From: Candidatus Sulfomarinibacteraceae bacterium
Lineage (GTDB): Bacteria; Acidobacteriota; Thermoanaerobaculia; Thermoanaerobaculales; Sulfomarinibacteraceae
DNA length: 64,000 nt
Direction of reading: 5' to 3'
Assembly: GCA_963823345.1 (NCBI GenBank)
Contig: CAWGLE010000004.1
Location: 62,342 to 126,341, forward strand
Both the position numbers and the translations under genes were made by a program. How positions within the stretch are numbered: the first letter of the stretch is position 1; each line of letters starts with the position of its first letter. Below, piece after piece: positions 32,657 to 43,686 of this stretch. The notes under the pieces are model-generated. The model was not told the DNA's origin, did not search any database, and saw only the letters and a list, made by a program, of their open reading frames with translations.

Positions 32657-33760
32657 TCACAGCCGCATCGGCATCAGGACGTAGATGTACTCCTCGAGCC
32701 GCGAGTCGTCGTCCACCGGGACCACGACGCACTGCGTGTTGCTGTCGCGAAGCTGGAGTTCCACGGTGTCACAGAGCAGGACCTGCAGGACATCGATCAG
32801 ATACGCCGCGTTGAGAGCGATCTCGAGATTGTCGCCCTGATAGGTCACACTGAGGGTTTCCTCGGCGCTGCCGCGTTCGTAGCCGATCGAGGCGAGGGTC
32901 AGCTCGCCGCCACTGCCAAAACGGAACCTCACGCCGCGGGCCTTTTCATGGGCCATCAAGCTGACCCGCCGCAGCGACGCAAGAAGCTCTTTGCGGTCGA
33001 CCCGCGCCCGGCTCGGGTTGTCACGGACGATCACCCGCTCGTACTGAGGAAACCGCAGCTCGACGATGCGCGACACCAGGGTTCTTTCGCCCATCAGAAA
33101 ACCGAGGTGGTTGTCGCCCGCCGTCATCCGCACCCGGTCGTCCGCAAAACGAGCGAACTCGGCCAACAGCTTGCGGGGAAAGAGCTGTTGTTCAAACGGC
33201 AATGAACCCGTCGGCGCCTTCGCGCGGACCATCGCCAGGCGGTGACCGTCGGTGGCAGCGATTTCGATTTCGCCCGGTATCAGTTTGACGAGCGCGCCGT
33301 TGAGCTGAAACTTCGGATCGTCCTTGGTGATGGCGAATGCCACCCGGTCGAGCATCAGTTGAAAGAGATCGAGCGGCAGGGCATAGTCTCCCGCCTCGGG
33401 AACCTCGGGGACGGTAGGGTACTCCGATGGGTCGGCGACTGCGATTCGAGAATGAAACCGCCCGCACGAGATCTCGACTGACTCCCCATCCTGTCGCAAC
33501 GAGAACTCCTCCTCCGGCAGGCTGCGAACGAGGTTTTGAAAAACCTTGCTCTCGATGGTCGCGCGGCCGCCACCGTGAACCACAGCCGGGCACTCCGTAA
33601 CGATCGTCATGTCGAGATCGGTGGCCACCATGCGCAGCCGGTTTTCCTCAGCCTCCGCGAGGATGCTCGAGAGAATCGGTATCGTCGTTCGATGTTCCAC
33701 AACACCCTGGAGAATCGACAACTCCTGGAGGACCAAGTTGCGCTGCAGCTTGAGTTCCAT
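32657..33760 (-). CDS. dnaN: DNA polymerase III beta sliding clamp
   Basis: Start placed at ATG 33760 (MELKLQRNLVLQEL...), giving 367 aa as is typical for DnaN. The track ORF starts 17 codons earlier. Three-domain clamp pattern ending in LMPMRL. Confidence 0.92.
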   Translation of the reverse strand: MELKLQRNLVLQELSILQGVVEHRTTIPILSSILAEAEENRLRMVATDLDMTIVTECPAVVHGGGRATIESKVFQNLVRSLPEEEFSLRQDGESVEISCGRFHSRIAVADPSEYPTVPEVPEAGDYALPLDLFQLMLDRVAFAITKDDPKFQLNGALVKLIPGEIEIAATDGHRLAMVRAKAPTGSLPFEQQLFPRKLLAEFARFADDRVRMTAGDNHLGFLMGERTLVSRIVELRFPQYERVIVRDNPSRARVDRKELLASLRRVSLMAHEKARGVRFRFGSGGELTLASIGYERGSAEETLSVTYQGDNLEIALNAAYLIDVLQVLLCDTVELQLRDSNTQCVVVPVDDDSRLEEYIYVLMPMRL

Positions 33761-33811
33761 CACATGCCCCTTCTCTCGACGACGGACTACTTTCCGCCGG
33801 GAATATAACAT

Positions 33812-34000
33812 GAATAGTCATCGTCGTCGAGGCTGTGGAATCTGTGAAAAGTCGTGATAAATGAATAAAAAAGAATGATTTAAATTCACCCGGCACCTGT
33901 GATTTCGGGGCTTGAAAAACTGTGGGGAGGTGTGGAAAAAAGCTCACGTCCACAACTTTGCACAGGCCGACGGAGCTTCTTCCACAGAGGGCTGAGGAAA
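33812..34000. other. Candidate chromosomal replication origin (oriC) in the dnaA-dnaN spacer
   Basis: AT-rich patch at 33855-33886 (TGATAAATGAATAAAAAAGAATGATTTAAATT). DnaA-box-like 9-mers: TGTGGAATC 33834-42, TGTGGGGAG 33921-29, TGTGGAAAA 33931-39, ACGTCCACA 33946-54, TCTTCCACA 33978-86. Gene orientation flips around this locus. Confidence 0.65.
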
Positions 34001-35290
34001 TTACACGAAATGTTCGCGGAAGGACGTCAGGGTGGCATCGAAGTCGGGGTTCGACTGGCGCATCTTCTGGACGTTGTCGACGGCGTACATGACGGTCGAG
34101 TGATGTTTGGAAAATATCTTTCCGATCTCCGGAAAGCTGAGCTCCAGAAGGTTGCGGATCAGGTACATCGCCACCTGGCGGGGAAGGGCGATGGAGCGCC
34201 GGTTGGAACGACCCTTGAGATCGGCGACGCGGATACCGTAATGCTGGGCGACGAAACGGATGACGTCCGACGGTGAGGTGGTCCGTTCGTCCGGCAACAG
34301 CTCGTACATGGCCATGCGGACGACATCAATCGTGATCTTGGCGTTTTTGAGTTGGGCGTAGGCGATCGTGCGATTGAGACACCCCTCGAGTTCGCGCACG
34401 TTGTTCTGAATCCGCCGGGAAATGAAGAGCACGACATCTTCGGGAAGTTCGCGACCGACGGCGCGTGCCTTTTCGCGGAGGATCGCGCAGCGGGTCTCGA
34501 GATCGGGGGGCTGGATGTCGGCGATGAGACCCTGGAGGAATCTCGATCGCAGGCGCTCTTCGAGACCCGGAATATCGGCCGGTCTGGCGTCGGAGGTGAA
34601 CACCACCTGGCGACCGGTCGACTGCAGCGTGTTGAAGGTGTGGAAGAACTCCTCCTGGGTCCGTTCCTTGCCGGCGATGAACTGGATGTCGTCGAGGAGC
34701 AACATGTCGACTCCGCGAAAGGTCTGGCGGAAGGCGTCCATCTGTTTGCGTCGAATACAGTTGATGAGCTCGTTGACGAACTGCTCGGTGGTCATGTAGA
34801 CCACCTTGAGCCGCGACGCCGAGGTGTGCAGGCGGTTGGCGATGGCGTGCAGCAGATGGGTCTTGCCGAGACCGGAACCGCCATAGAGGTAGAGAGGGTT
34901 GTAGGCTGCCCCGGGGCGTTCCGCCACCGCCTCGGCGGCAGCGGCTGCGAACTGGTTCGACGAACCGACCACGAAACGATCGAAGGTAAAGGTCGGGTTG
35001 AAGGGGTGCGGTCCGAGACCGGCCGCGGGCGGCGAAGCGTGGCCGCCGGTCGGGCTCTCGCCCTCGCTGATCACGACCCGGAAGTCAGGGCCGAAGTGGC
35101 TGCGAGCCACCGTCTCGATGTCGCGGAGCAGGTGGTCGCGGACCCAATCCCCGACGATCAGGTTGTCGGTGGTCAGGGTGACCGTGTTGTCGGACGCCTC
35201 GTGAACCGCCAGCGGCGCGATCCAGGTCGTGAATTCGTCGTCGCCCATCATCTGGCGGAGGTGTGGTAGGAGGTGCTGCCAATGGTCCAT
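34001..35290 (-). CDS. dnaA: Chromosomal replication initiator DnaA
   Basis: 429 aa. Walker A YGGSGLGKTHLLHA, LLLDDIQF, and C-terminal DNA-binding helix RSIALPRQVAMYLIR...KHHSTVMYA. Confidence 0.97.
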   Translation of the reverse strand: MDHWQHLLPHLRQMMGDDEFTTWIAPLAVHEASDNTVTLTTDNLIVGDWVRDHLLRDIETVARSHFGPDFRVVISEGESPTGGHASPPAAGLGPHPFNPTFTFDRFVVGSSNQFAAAAAEAVAERPGAAYNPLYLYGGSGLGKTHLLHAIANRLHTSASRLKVVYMTTEQFVNELINCIRRKQMDAFRQTFRGVDMLLLDDIQFIAGKERTQEEFFHTFNTLQSTGRQVVFTSDARPADIPGLEERLRSRFLQGLIADIQPPDLETRCAILREKARAVGRELPEDVVLFISRRIQNNVRELEGCLNRTIAYAQLKNAKITIDVVRMAMYELLPDERTTSPSDVIRFVAQHYGIRVADLKGRSNRRSIALPRQVAMYLIRNLLELSFPEIGKIFSKHHSTVMYAVDNVQKMRQSNPDFDATLTSFREHFV

Positions 35291-35325
35291 TCGAGTAGGC
35301 TAGCACAGCGCGGGCAAGGCGTTGC

Positions 35326-35354
35326 TTGACACGCCTTGACGCCTGCGATATCGT
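35326..35354 (+). promoter_or_regulatory. Candidate sigma70-type promoter of rpmH-rnpA-yidC
   Basis: TTGACA (35326-31), a 17-nt spacer, then TATCGT (35349-54), about 34 nt upstream of the rpmH ATG. Confidence 0.6.
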
Positions 35355-35387
35355 GACGCGCCCGTAATTTCGGGGAGAGAGAAGACC

Positions 35388-35522
35388 ATGAAAAGAACTT
35401 TTCAGCCCAACAATCGCAAGCGCAAAAAGACCCATGGCTTCCGGGTTCGCATGCGCACCAAGGGCGGGCGCAAGGTCCTGAGCGAACGCCGTCGTAAGGG
35501 TCGCAAGCGGATTGCCGTCTGA
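35388..35522 (+). CDS. rpmH: 50S ribosomal protein L34
   Basis: Hand-translated 44 aa, [44 protein letters not shown]. Below the ORF-track size cut-off. GGGGAGAGAGAAG lies upstream. Confidence 0.95.
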   Translation: MKRTFQPNNRKRKKTHGFRVRMRTKGGRKVLSERRRKGRKRIAV

Positions 35523-35913
35523 ACGGCGCCTGATTTTTCGCCCAACGCATCGGCTCAAGAAACGAGCTGATTTTCAAAGGCTGTACACGCGCGGTGAACG
35601 TTTTCCGGGTCGGTACGTGGTGCTGTTTGTGATGCCGGCGGAGAAGGACCGCGGTCGGTTCGGAGTGACGGCCTCACGAAAAGTCGGGGGCGCGGTGACC
35701 CGAGCGCGTTGCAAACGGAGGCTGCGGGAGTTGTATCGTCTCCACCAGCGCCCGGGTGGCATCGACAGGCTGGACATCGTCGCCAACGCACGGCAGGGGT
35801 GCGCGACGGCGCCGTGGTCGGAGCTCGAACGAGATTTTCTGCGGTGTTTGAGGCGAAGCCGGGAGGCGGGGATCGGGGCTGCGGTTGGCCCTGCAGCAGA
35901 GCATCTCGCCTGA
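35512..35913 (+). CDS. rnpA: Ribonuclease P protein component
   Basis: 133 aa. [19 protein letters not shown]...[25 protein letters not shown] is the RnpA pattern, in the canonical position after rpmH. Start (TTG 35512, overlapping rpmH) is uncertain. Confidence 0.85.
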   Translation: MPSERRLIFRPTHRLKKRADFQRLYTRGERFPGRYVVLFVMPAEKDRGRFGVTASRKVGGAVTRARCKRRLRELYRLHQRPGGIDRLDIVANARQGCATAPWSELERDFLRCLRRSREAGIGAAVGPAAEHLA

Positions 35914-35935
35914 AGACCGAGGAAGAAGAAGGCAT

Positions 35936-37588
35936 ATGGAGAAGAGGCTACTGCTGGCATTCGTCTTGTCGGCGGCGATCCTGTTTGCGTGGTCGCTGAT
36001 ATTCCCGCCGCCGCAGCGAACGCAAACTCCGCCAGGGCCGGCGGCCGAGAATACGGCGATGCGGGACCGGGCGGCCGAGCCCCCCGCCACAGAGAGCACC
36101 GAGAGTGGCGAGGGCGGTGTATCCGAGCCGGCCGCCCAGCCGACCGACGAGGTTCTCGGTGCCACCATCGAAGAAGAGATCACTCTGGCGAACGATGACA
36201 TCACGGTCGTCGTGACCAACCGTGGCGCGGCCGTCTCGTCCTATCGTCTTGCCCACTACGACAACGACGACGGGAACCCGGTCAACCTGGTGCAGGACGT
36301 TCCCCTGCCGGATCGCTCGCTGCCGTTGCAGTTGGTAACCCCGGCCGGACCTGACGTCGAGCTGTATCAGGTCGAGCAGGATGGTGACGGCGTGGTCTTG
36401 CGTTGGGCGGACGGCCGTGGCAACGCGGTGACGAAACGATTGGCCCTGTCCGATGACGGCTTCGGGCTCGACGTCGAGATCGAAACGGCCGGGACGCGGA
36501 CGGAGGACATGCTCAGCGTCGGCACCGGGATGCGGAATCTCAGCGCCGAGGAAAGCGACAGCCGGCTGGCCCTGTGGGGTGAGGGCATCGTCATGGCCGA
36601 TGGCGAGGTGGAGCGGTTCAAACGCCGCAAGGTCAAGGACACGCGCACCCTGACCGCGGGGAGCTTCGCCTACGCGGGCTTCGAGGACGCCTACTTCTTG
36701 TCGATTCTGCGCCCGGAGACCGGGGTTTCGGAGGTCAGCATCCGGGCGCTCGAGTTCGGCGGCAGCGCCGAGAAACCGAGCCAGGTGTTGGAGATCGCGG
36801 TCGCCCCCGCCCGCGGGGTCCTGCGTGGGGAGCTGCTCGGCGCTCCCAAGGACTACGACCTGCTGCAGTCGCTTGGAGGCGGGCTCGAGGAGACCCTGGA
36901 CTTCGGCATCTTCGCGCCGATCTCGGTCTTCTTTCTCAAGGCACTGCGGTGGATCTACGGTCACGTCGGCAACTACGGTGTGGCGATCATCCTCCTCACC
37001 CTGGGAATCCGGATCCTCCTCTTTCCGCTGATGCACACCTCCACGGTGTCGATGCGCAAGATGGCCAAGGTGCAGCCCAAGGTCAAGGAGATCCAGGCCA
37101 AATTCAAGAAGAAAAAGACCGACCCCCAGGCTCGCGCCAAGATGAACCAGGAGATGATGGCGCTGTACAAACAGGAGGGCGTCAACCCGATGGCCGGCTG
37201 TTTGCCGCTGTTGGTGCAGCTGCCCCTGTTGTGGGCGCTGTATCAGCTGTTTCTCAAGGCGATCGAGCTGCGCCACGAACCGTTTATCTGGTGGATCACC
37301 GACCTCTCGGCCAAGGATCCGCTGTACGTCACGCCGATCCTGATGACCGCCACCATGTGGCTCCAACAGCGGTTGGCGCCGCAGGCGGGCGATCCCCAAC
37401 AACAGCGGCTGATGCGGATGATGCCCCTGATCTTCGGCGTCATGTTTCTGCAGTTCCCTTCGGGCCTGGTGCTGTACTGGTTGGCGAACAACGTGATCAC
37501 GATCATCCAACAGGAGATCACCCTCCACATCGTGGGCGAGCGGAAGATCGGCGGCGGCAAACGCGCGCAGAGGAAGGACGCGAAATAA
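35936..37588 (+). CDS. yidC: Membrane protein insertase YidC
   Basis: Start at ATG 35936 (MEKRLLLAFVLSAAILFAW). Large periplasmic domain, then the conserved core GNYGVAIILLTLGIRILLFPL...MMALYKQEGVNPMAGCLPLLVQLPLLWALY...LVLYWLANNVITIIQQ. Confidence 0.95.
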   Translation: MEKRLLLAFVLSAAILFAWSLIFPPPQRTQTPPGPAAENTAMRDRAAEPPATESTESGEGGVSEPAAQPTDEVLGATIEEEITLANDDITVVVTNRGAAVSSYRLAHYDNDDGNPVNLVQDVPLPDRSLPLQLVTPAGPDVELYQVEQDGDGVVLRWADGRGNAVTKRLALSDDGFGLDVEIETAGTRTEDMLSVGTGMRNLSAEESDSRLALWGEGIVMADGEVERFKRRKVKDTRTLTAGSFAYAGFEDAYFLSILRPETGVSEVSIRALEFGGSAEKPSQVLEIAVAPARGVLRGELLGAPKDYDLLQSLGGGLEETLDFGIFAPISVFFLKALRWIYGHVGNYGVAIILLTLGIRILLFPLMHTSTVSMRKMAKVQPKVKEIQAKFKKKKTDPQARAKMNQEMMALYKQEGVNPMAGCLPLLVQLPLLWALYQLFLKAIELRHEPFIWWITDLSAKDPLYVTPILMTATMWLQQRLAPQAGDPQQQRLMRMMPLIFGVMFLQFPSGLVLYWLANNVITIIQQEITLHIVGERKIGGGKRAQRKDAK

Positions 37589-38187
37589 TGACGGAGCGAA
37601 AGAGCTTTCGCGGCGCGACGCTCGACCAGGCGTTGAGCTCCGCCTGTGCCGGCCTCGACGCGCGGCTGGAGGAGATTCAGTACGAGGTCCTCAAGACCGG
37701 GGCGGGCGAGCCGGTCGAGATCGAGGCGGAGATCGACCCGGTGGCGGTTCTCGGTCTCTTCATGTCGGAAACCAGCCGCGCCGGAGGGCTCGACGTCACC
37801 GCGCGCCTCGACGTGCGGGAGGAAGCTCTCGAAGGGGAGCTGGTCGGCGCCGATGTGCATCTGTTGACCGCCTCCGGAGGGCGGGGTCTCGATGCCCTGC
37901 AATACCTGTGCAACCGCGTCCTCAACCGTCGCCTCGCGGCCCACCTGCCGGTCCATCTCGACAGCGACGGCTTCAAGACCCGCCGCGCTCACAAGCTCCA
38001 GGAGAAAGCCGAGGCTGCGGCGGACGAGGCGATCCGCACCGGTTCCCCCGTGACCCTGGGTCCGCTGACGCCGGCGGCGCGGCGCGAGATCCACCTCGCC
38101 CTCGCCGACGATCCCGGCGTCGAGACCGATTCTGATGGTGATGGGTTCCTCAAGAAAATTGTCATCCGCCCTCGCCGGCGGCGCTGA
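37588..38187 (+). CDS. Jag/KhpB-type RNA-binding protein (Jag_N, KH, R3H)
   Basis: ATG 37588 overlaps the yidC TAA (TAATG). 199 aa. C-terminal LGPLTPAARREIHLALADDPGVETDSDGDGFLKKIVIRP is R3H-like. Canonical position after yidC. Confidence 0.8.
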   Translation: MTERKSFRGATLDQALSSACAGLDARLEEIQYEVLKTGAGEPVEIEAEIDPVAVLGLFMSETSRAGGLDVTARLDVREEALEGELVGADVHLLTASGGRGLDALQYLCNRVLNRRLAAHLPVHLDSDGFKTRRAHKLQEKAEAAADEAIRTGSPVTLGPLTPAARREIHLALADDPGVETDSDGDGFLKKIVIRPRRRR

Positions 38188-39468
38188 CACCATCGTCGCG
38201 CGCGCCACGGCCGCCGGCCGCGGTGCGCTGGCGGTGATCCGGGTCAGCGGACCGGCGACCGCGGGGGTTGCGGCGGCGGTCTGCCCCGAGGCCGATGTCA
38301 CGCGCGGGTGGCGGGCCGCCCTGGTCGGGATCCGGGAACCGGGCGGGCGGACCCTGGAGCGCGGGGTGGCGGTGACGTACCCGGCGCCGCGGTCGTACAC
38401 CGGCGAAGACATGATCGAACTCACCGTCCACGGCTCGCCCTTTCTCGTCGAGCGCATCATCGACGCGTGCGTGGCGGCGGGCGCGCGCCGCGCCGAACCG
38501 GGCGAGTTCACCCGCCGCGCAGTGGCCAACGGCAAGCTCGACCTCGTCCAGGCCGAGGCGGTGCGCGACCTGGTGGCGGCAGAGACCGCCTGGCAGCTGC
38601 GGAATGCACGCGAACAGCTGGCGGGCAACCTGTCGCGGCAATTCGGTCGGTTGCGCGAAGAGTTGGTGACCCTGGCAGCCCTGGTCGACGCGTCGCTCGA
38701 GTTCGAGGCGCAGGCGGTGGTGGTGGCCGAGGCGGAGATTCGGGATCAGGCCGCGCGCTGTGTCCGCCGGGTGGCCGATCTGGTGGGCACGGCGGACGCC
38801 GGAGCCAGGATCCGAGACGGTTTGAGGGCCGCGATCATTGGCCCGCCGAATTCTGGCAAGTCTACTCTTTTCAATCATTTAAGTGGGGCTGACCGGGCCA
38901 TAGTCTCGTCCGAGCCGGGGACGACCCGGGACGTGCTCGAGACCGAGATCGAGGTCGGCGGCGTCCGCCTCGTGGTCCAGGACACGGCGGGGCTGCGGGT
39001 TGGGGGCGACGAGGTGGAGGAGGAGGGGCGGAGACGCGCGGCGGGCGCGGCGGCGGCGGCTGACCTGGTGATCGTGCTGTGGGCGGCGGATGGGCCGGTG
39101 ACGACCCAGGCGCCACAAGGAGTGCCGGCCATCCGGCTGCGATCCAAGGCCGACCTCGGCTGCCCGGAGGAAGAGGGGTGGCTTGCGATTTCGTGCCACA
39201 CCGGCGAGGGCATCGAGGCGTTCCGACGGCGGTTGACCGAGCTCGTCCTCGGCGGGGTTGCCGATCTCGGCGGCGCGGTGGCGGTGGCGGCGCGTCACCG
39301 GGCGGCCCTCGAGCGGGCGCAAGCGGCTCTCGACGGCGCGGACTGGTCGTCTCCCGAGCTTGCGGCGGAGCATGTGCGGTGGGCATTGAAGGCGGTGGAA
39401 GAGCTGCTCGGCGAGGTCGACGACGAGACCGTCCTCGACCAGGTTTTTGCCGCTTTCTGCATCGGGAA

Positions 39469-39472
<4 letters not shown>
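38135..39472 (+). CDS. mnmE: tRNA modification GTPase MnmE (TrmE)
   Basis: 445 aa. DTIVARATAAGRGALAVIRVSG, YTGEDMIELTVHGSP, G1 GPPNSGKSTLFN, DTAGLR, and the C-terminal FCIGK tetrapeptide. The exact start (38135, or a later TTG) is uncertain because it overlaps the jag 3' end. Confidence 0.93.
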
Positions 39473-41333
<1,861 letters not shown>

Positions 41334-41337
<4 letters not shown>

Positions 41338-41939
41338 GCGCGGCAGCGACTTACTCGGAACTGTTGGCGCCGCACGCATCCGGCGCCGCTCTCGGCAAGC
41401 TGGTGGCGTACGCCGAGCTTCTGGAGCGGTGGTCCGGCCGCCACAACCTGGTGAGCTTCGCGAGCCGGGAAGAGTTGGTCGAACGGCACATCGTCGACGC
41501 CCTGGCGGCGGCCCCGCTGTTGACCGGCGCGGGGACGCTGCTCGATGTCGGGAGTGGGGCCGGTCTGCCGGGCGTGCCGCTGCTCGCTACCGTCCCGGGC
41601 TGGCGAGGGACCCTGCTCGAGCCACGACAGAAGCGGTGGGCCTTTTTGAAGCTGGTGATCCGCGAGCTCGGTCTCGATGCGGAGGCCGAATGCGGTCGGT
41701 ACGAAACGATCAGGCCGGAGCGCCGGTGGGACCGCATCGTGGCCCGCGCGGTGGGAGGCGACGACGCGCTTGTGACGTGGGCCCGCGAGCGGCTCCATCC
41801 GGGGGGCGAGGTGGTGTTGTGGACGACGGTGGCGGGCGAAACCCGCCTGTTGGGCCACCCCGGGTGGCGTGTGCTAAGCTCGGCGACGCCCGGCCTCGAT
41901 CGCGGCCGGCTCTGTCGGCTGCAACCATGTTTCACGTGA
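41334..41939 (+). CDS. rsmG: 16S rRNA (guanine527-N7)-methyltransferase RsmG (GidB)
   Basis: 201 aa. WSGRHNLVSF...HIVDAL...LLDVGSGAGLPGVPL SAM-binding motif. ATGA overlap with mnmG. Confidence 0.9.
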
Positions 41940-41943
41940 AACC
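41928..41943. other. parS centromere-like site at the rsmG 3' end, upstream of parA
   Basis: TGTTTCACGTGAAACC matches 15 of 16 positions of the canonical TGTTTCACGTGAAACA, with a perfect palindromic core GTTTCACGTGAAAC. Confidence 0.75.
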
Positions 41944-42038
41944 CCCTGCGACGCGGACCCTGGACCGCGCCCGGCGGCGGGGCCCGGAGCGGGCACCGCG
42001 CCGGGGGTGGTGTGCCCGCCGTCCCCCGGTGGTGCGGC

Positions 42039-42827
42039 ATGGCTGAGACGCGGATCATCGCGGTGGCGAACCAGAAGGGCGGGGTCGGCAAGACGACGAC
42101 CGCCATCAACCTCGGGGCCACCCTGGCGGCGTATGAACACAGGACCCTGGTGGTCGATCTCGACCCGCAGTCCAATTGCAGCTCGGGTCTCGGGTGGCGG
42201 GGCGGGGCTGGCGCGGCCACCTCGTACGATCTGCTGCTGGGCGGAAAGACGGTCGGCGAAATCGCCCATCGGACCGAGTTTCCCCACCTCACGCTGATCC
42301 CCACGACCCCCGATCTGGCGGGAGCCGAGGTCGAATTGGTGGGGATGGTGGGGCGCGAGTTTCGCCTGCGCGACGCCCTCGCGCCCGAGCACACCGCCGG
42401 CTACGAATTCGTGTTCGTCGATTGCCCGCCGTCGCTCGGCCTGCTGACCCTCAACGCCCTCGCCGCCGCCACCGGGCTCCTGGTGCCGATCCAGGCCGAG
42501 TACTTCGCGATGGAGGGGGTGTCGAACCTGATGACCACGATCGACGAGGTGCGGCGATTCCTCAACCCGGGGCTGGTCATCGACGGTGTGCTCTTGACCA
42601 TGTACGACGAGCGGACGAACCTCGCGCAGCAAGTGGCGGACGAGGTGCGGGCGGTGTTCGGGGACCTGGTGTTTCAAACGGTGGTGCCGCGCAACATTCG
42701 TCTCGCCGAGGCGCCCTCGTTCGGCCGCCCGATTCACGCGTACGACCTGCGGAGTCGGGGCTCGCAGGCCTACCTCGAGCTCGGCCGCGAGTATCTTGAG
42801 CGCATGGAGGTTTCGCGTGACCGCTAA
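42039..42827 (+). CDS. parA: Chromosome partitioning ATPase ParA (Soj)
   Basis: Start at ATG 42039 (MAETRIIAVANQKGGVGKTTTAINL, the deviant Walker A motif). VDLDPQ and DCPPSLG follow. Confidence 0.93.
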   Translation: MAETRIIAVANQKGGVGKTTTAINLGATLAAYEHRTLVVDLDPQSNCSSGLGWRGGAGAATSYDLLLGGKTVGEIAHRTEFPHLTLIPTTPDLAGAEVELVGMVGREFRLRDALAPEHTAGYEFVFVDCPPSLGLLTLNALAAATGLLVPIQAEYFAMEGVSNLMTTIDEVRRFLNPGLVIDGVLLTMYDERTNLAQQVADEVRAVFGDLVFQTVVPRNIRLAEAPSFGRPIHAYDLRSRGSQAYLELGREYLERMEVSRDR

Positions 42828-43686
42828 GCAGGTCCTCGGCCGCGGGTTGAAGGCGCTGATACCGGACACCCCCCACGCGCGTTCGGGGATGGCCGAAATC
42901 CCGGTTGACCGGCTGCATCCGAACCCGCACCAACCACGCCACCATTTCGACGAGGCCGCGATCGAAGAACTGACGGCGTCGATCCGCCGTCACGGTGTCC
43001 TCCAACCCCTGCTGGTGAGTGAGGACGGGCAGGATCGGTACACCATCGTCACCGGGGAGCGCCGTTGGCGGGCGGCCAGGCGGGCGGGTCTGCGGACCGT
43101 GCCGGCGGTGATTCGGGAGCGCCTCGAAGACGCCGCCCAGCTTGAGCTCGCCCTGGTTGAAAACCTGCAGCGGCGCGACCTGACCCCGCTCGAAGAGGCG
43201 CGAGCATTCGACCAGCTGCGATCGAGCCTTGGTCTCACTCAGGCCGAGATCGCCGAGCGGGTCGCCATGGATCGCAGCACGGTTGCCAACGCCCTGCGCC
43301 TGCTCAAGCTCCCGCCGGAGATCCAGAGCCTCGTGGAGCGGGGGGAGCTGTCGGCAGGCCACGCCCGGACGCTGCTCGCCTTTGCTGACGACGCCACCCG
43401 TCTCCGTTGGGCCCAGCGGGCGGTCGAAACCGGTCTCAGCGTCCGTGATCTGGAGCGGGCGGCGGCCGAGCAGAGGGAAGACGTCCGCGACGAGGACGTG
43501 CCGAAAAAACCGGCGGCGCGGCCGCCGCGGGACCCCAACCTGGTGGCCGCCGAGGAAAAGCTGGCCCTGCGGATCGGCGCGCCGGTCGAAATCCGCGCTC
43601 GCCGGCGCGGCGGCATCATCACGATTTCGTGTGCCGACCAGAACGAACTGATGCGTGTGTTCGATCTCTTGATGGGGGGTGAGTGA
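42817..43686 (+). CDS. parB: Chromosome partitioning protein ParB (Spo0J)
   Basis: GTG 42817 with GGAGG 6 nt upstream. LGRGLKALIP, PNPHQPR, VTGERRWRAARRAGL (arginine patch), and HTH LTQAEIAERV. Confidence 0.93.
   Translation: MTAKQVLGRGLKALIPDTPHARSGMAEIPVDRLHPNPHQPRHHFDEAAIEELTASIRRHGVLQPLLVSEDGQDRYTIVTGERRWRAARRAGLRTVPAVIRERLEDAAQLELALVENLQRRDLTPLEEARAFDQLRSSLGLTQAEIAERVAMDRSTVANALRLLKLPPEIQSLVERGELSAGHARTLLAFADDATRLRWAQRAVETGLSVRDLERAAAEQREDVRDEDVPKKPAARPPRDPNLVAAEEKLALRIGAPVEIRARRRGGIITISCADQNELMRVFDLLMGGE

Noticed and set aside
35523-35935. Looked for yidD (membrane protein insertion efficiency factor) between rnpA and yidC
   Set aside because: No frame in or after rnpA gives the YidD CRF-PTCS-type motif. 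The gene appears to be absent from this cluster.
35948-37528. 526-aa minus-strand ORF
   Set aside because: It is antisense to yidC, whose conserved insertase core is obvious on the plus strand.
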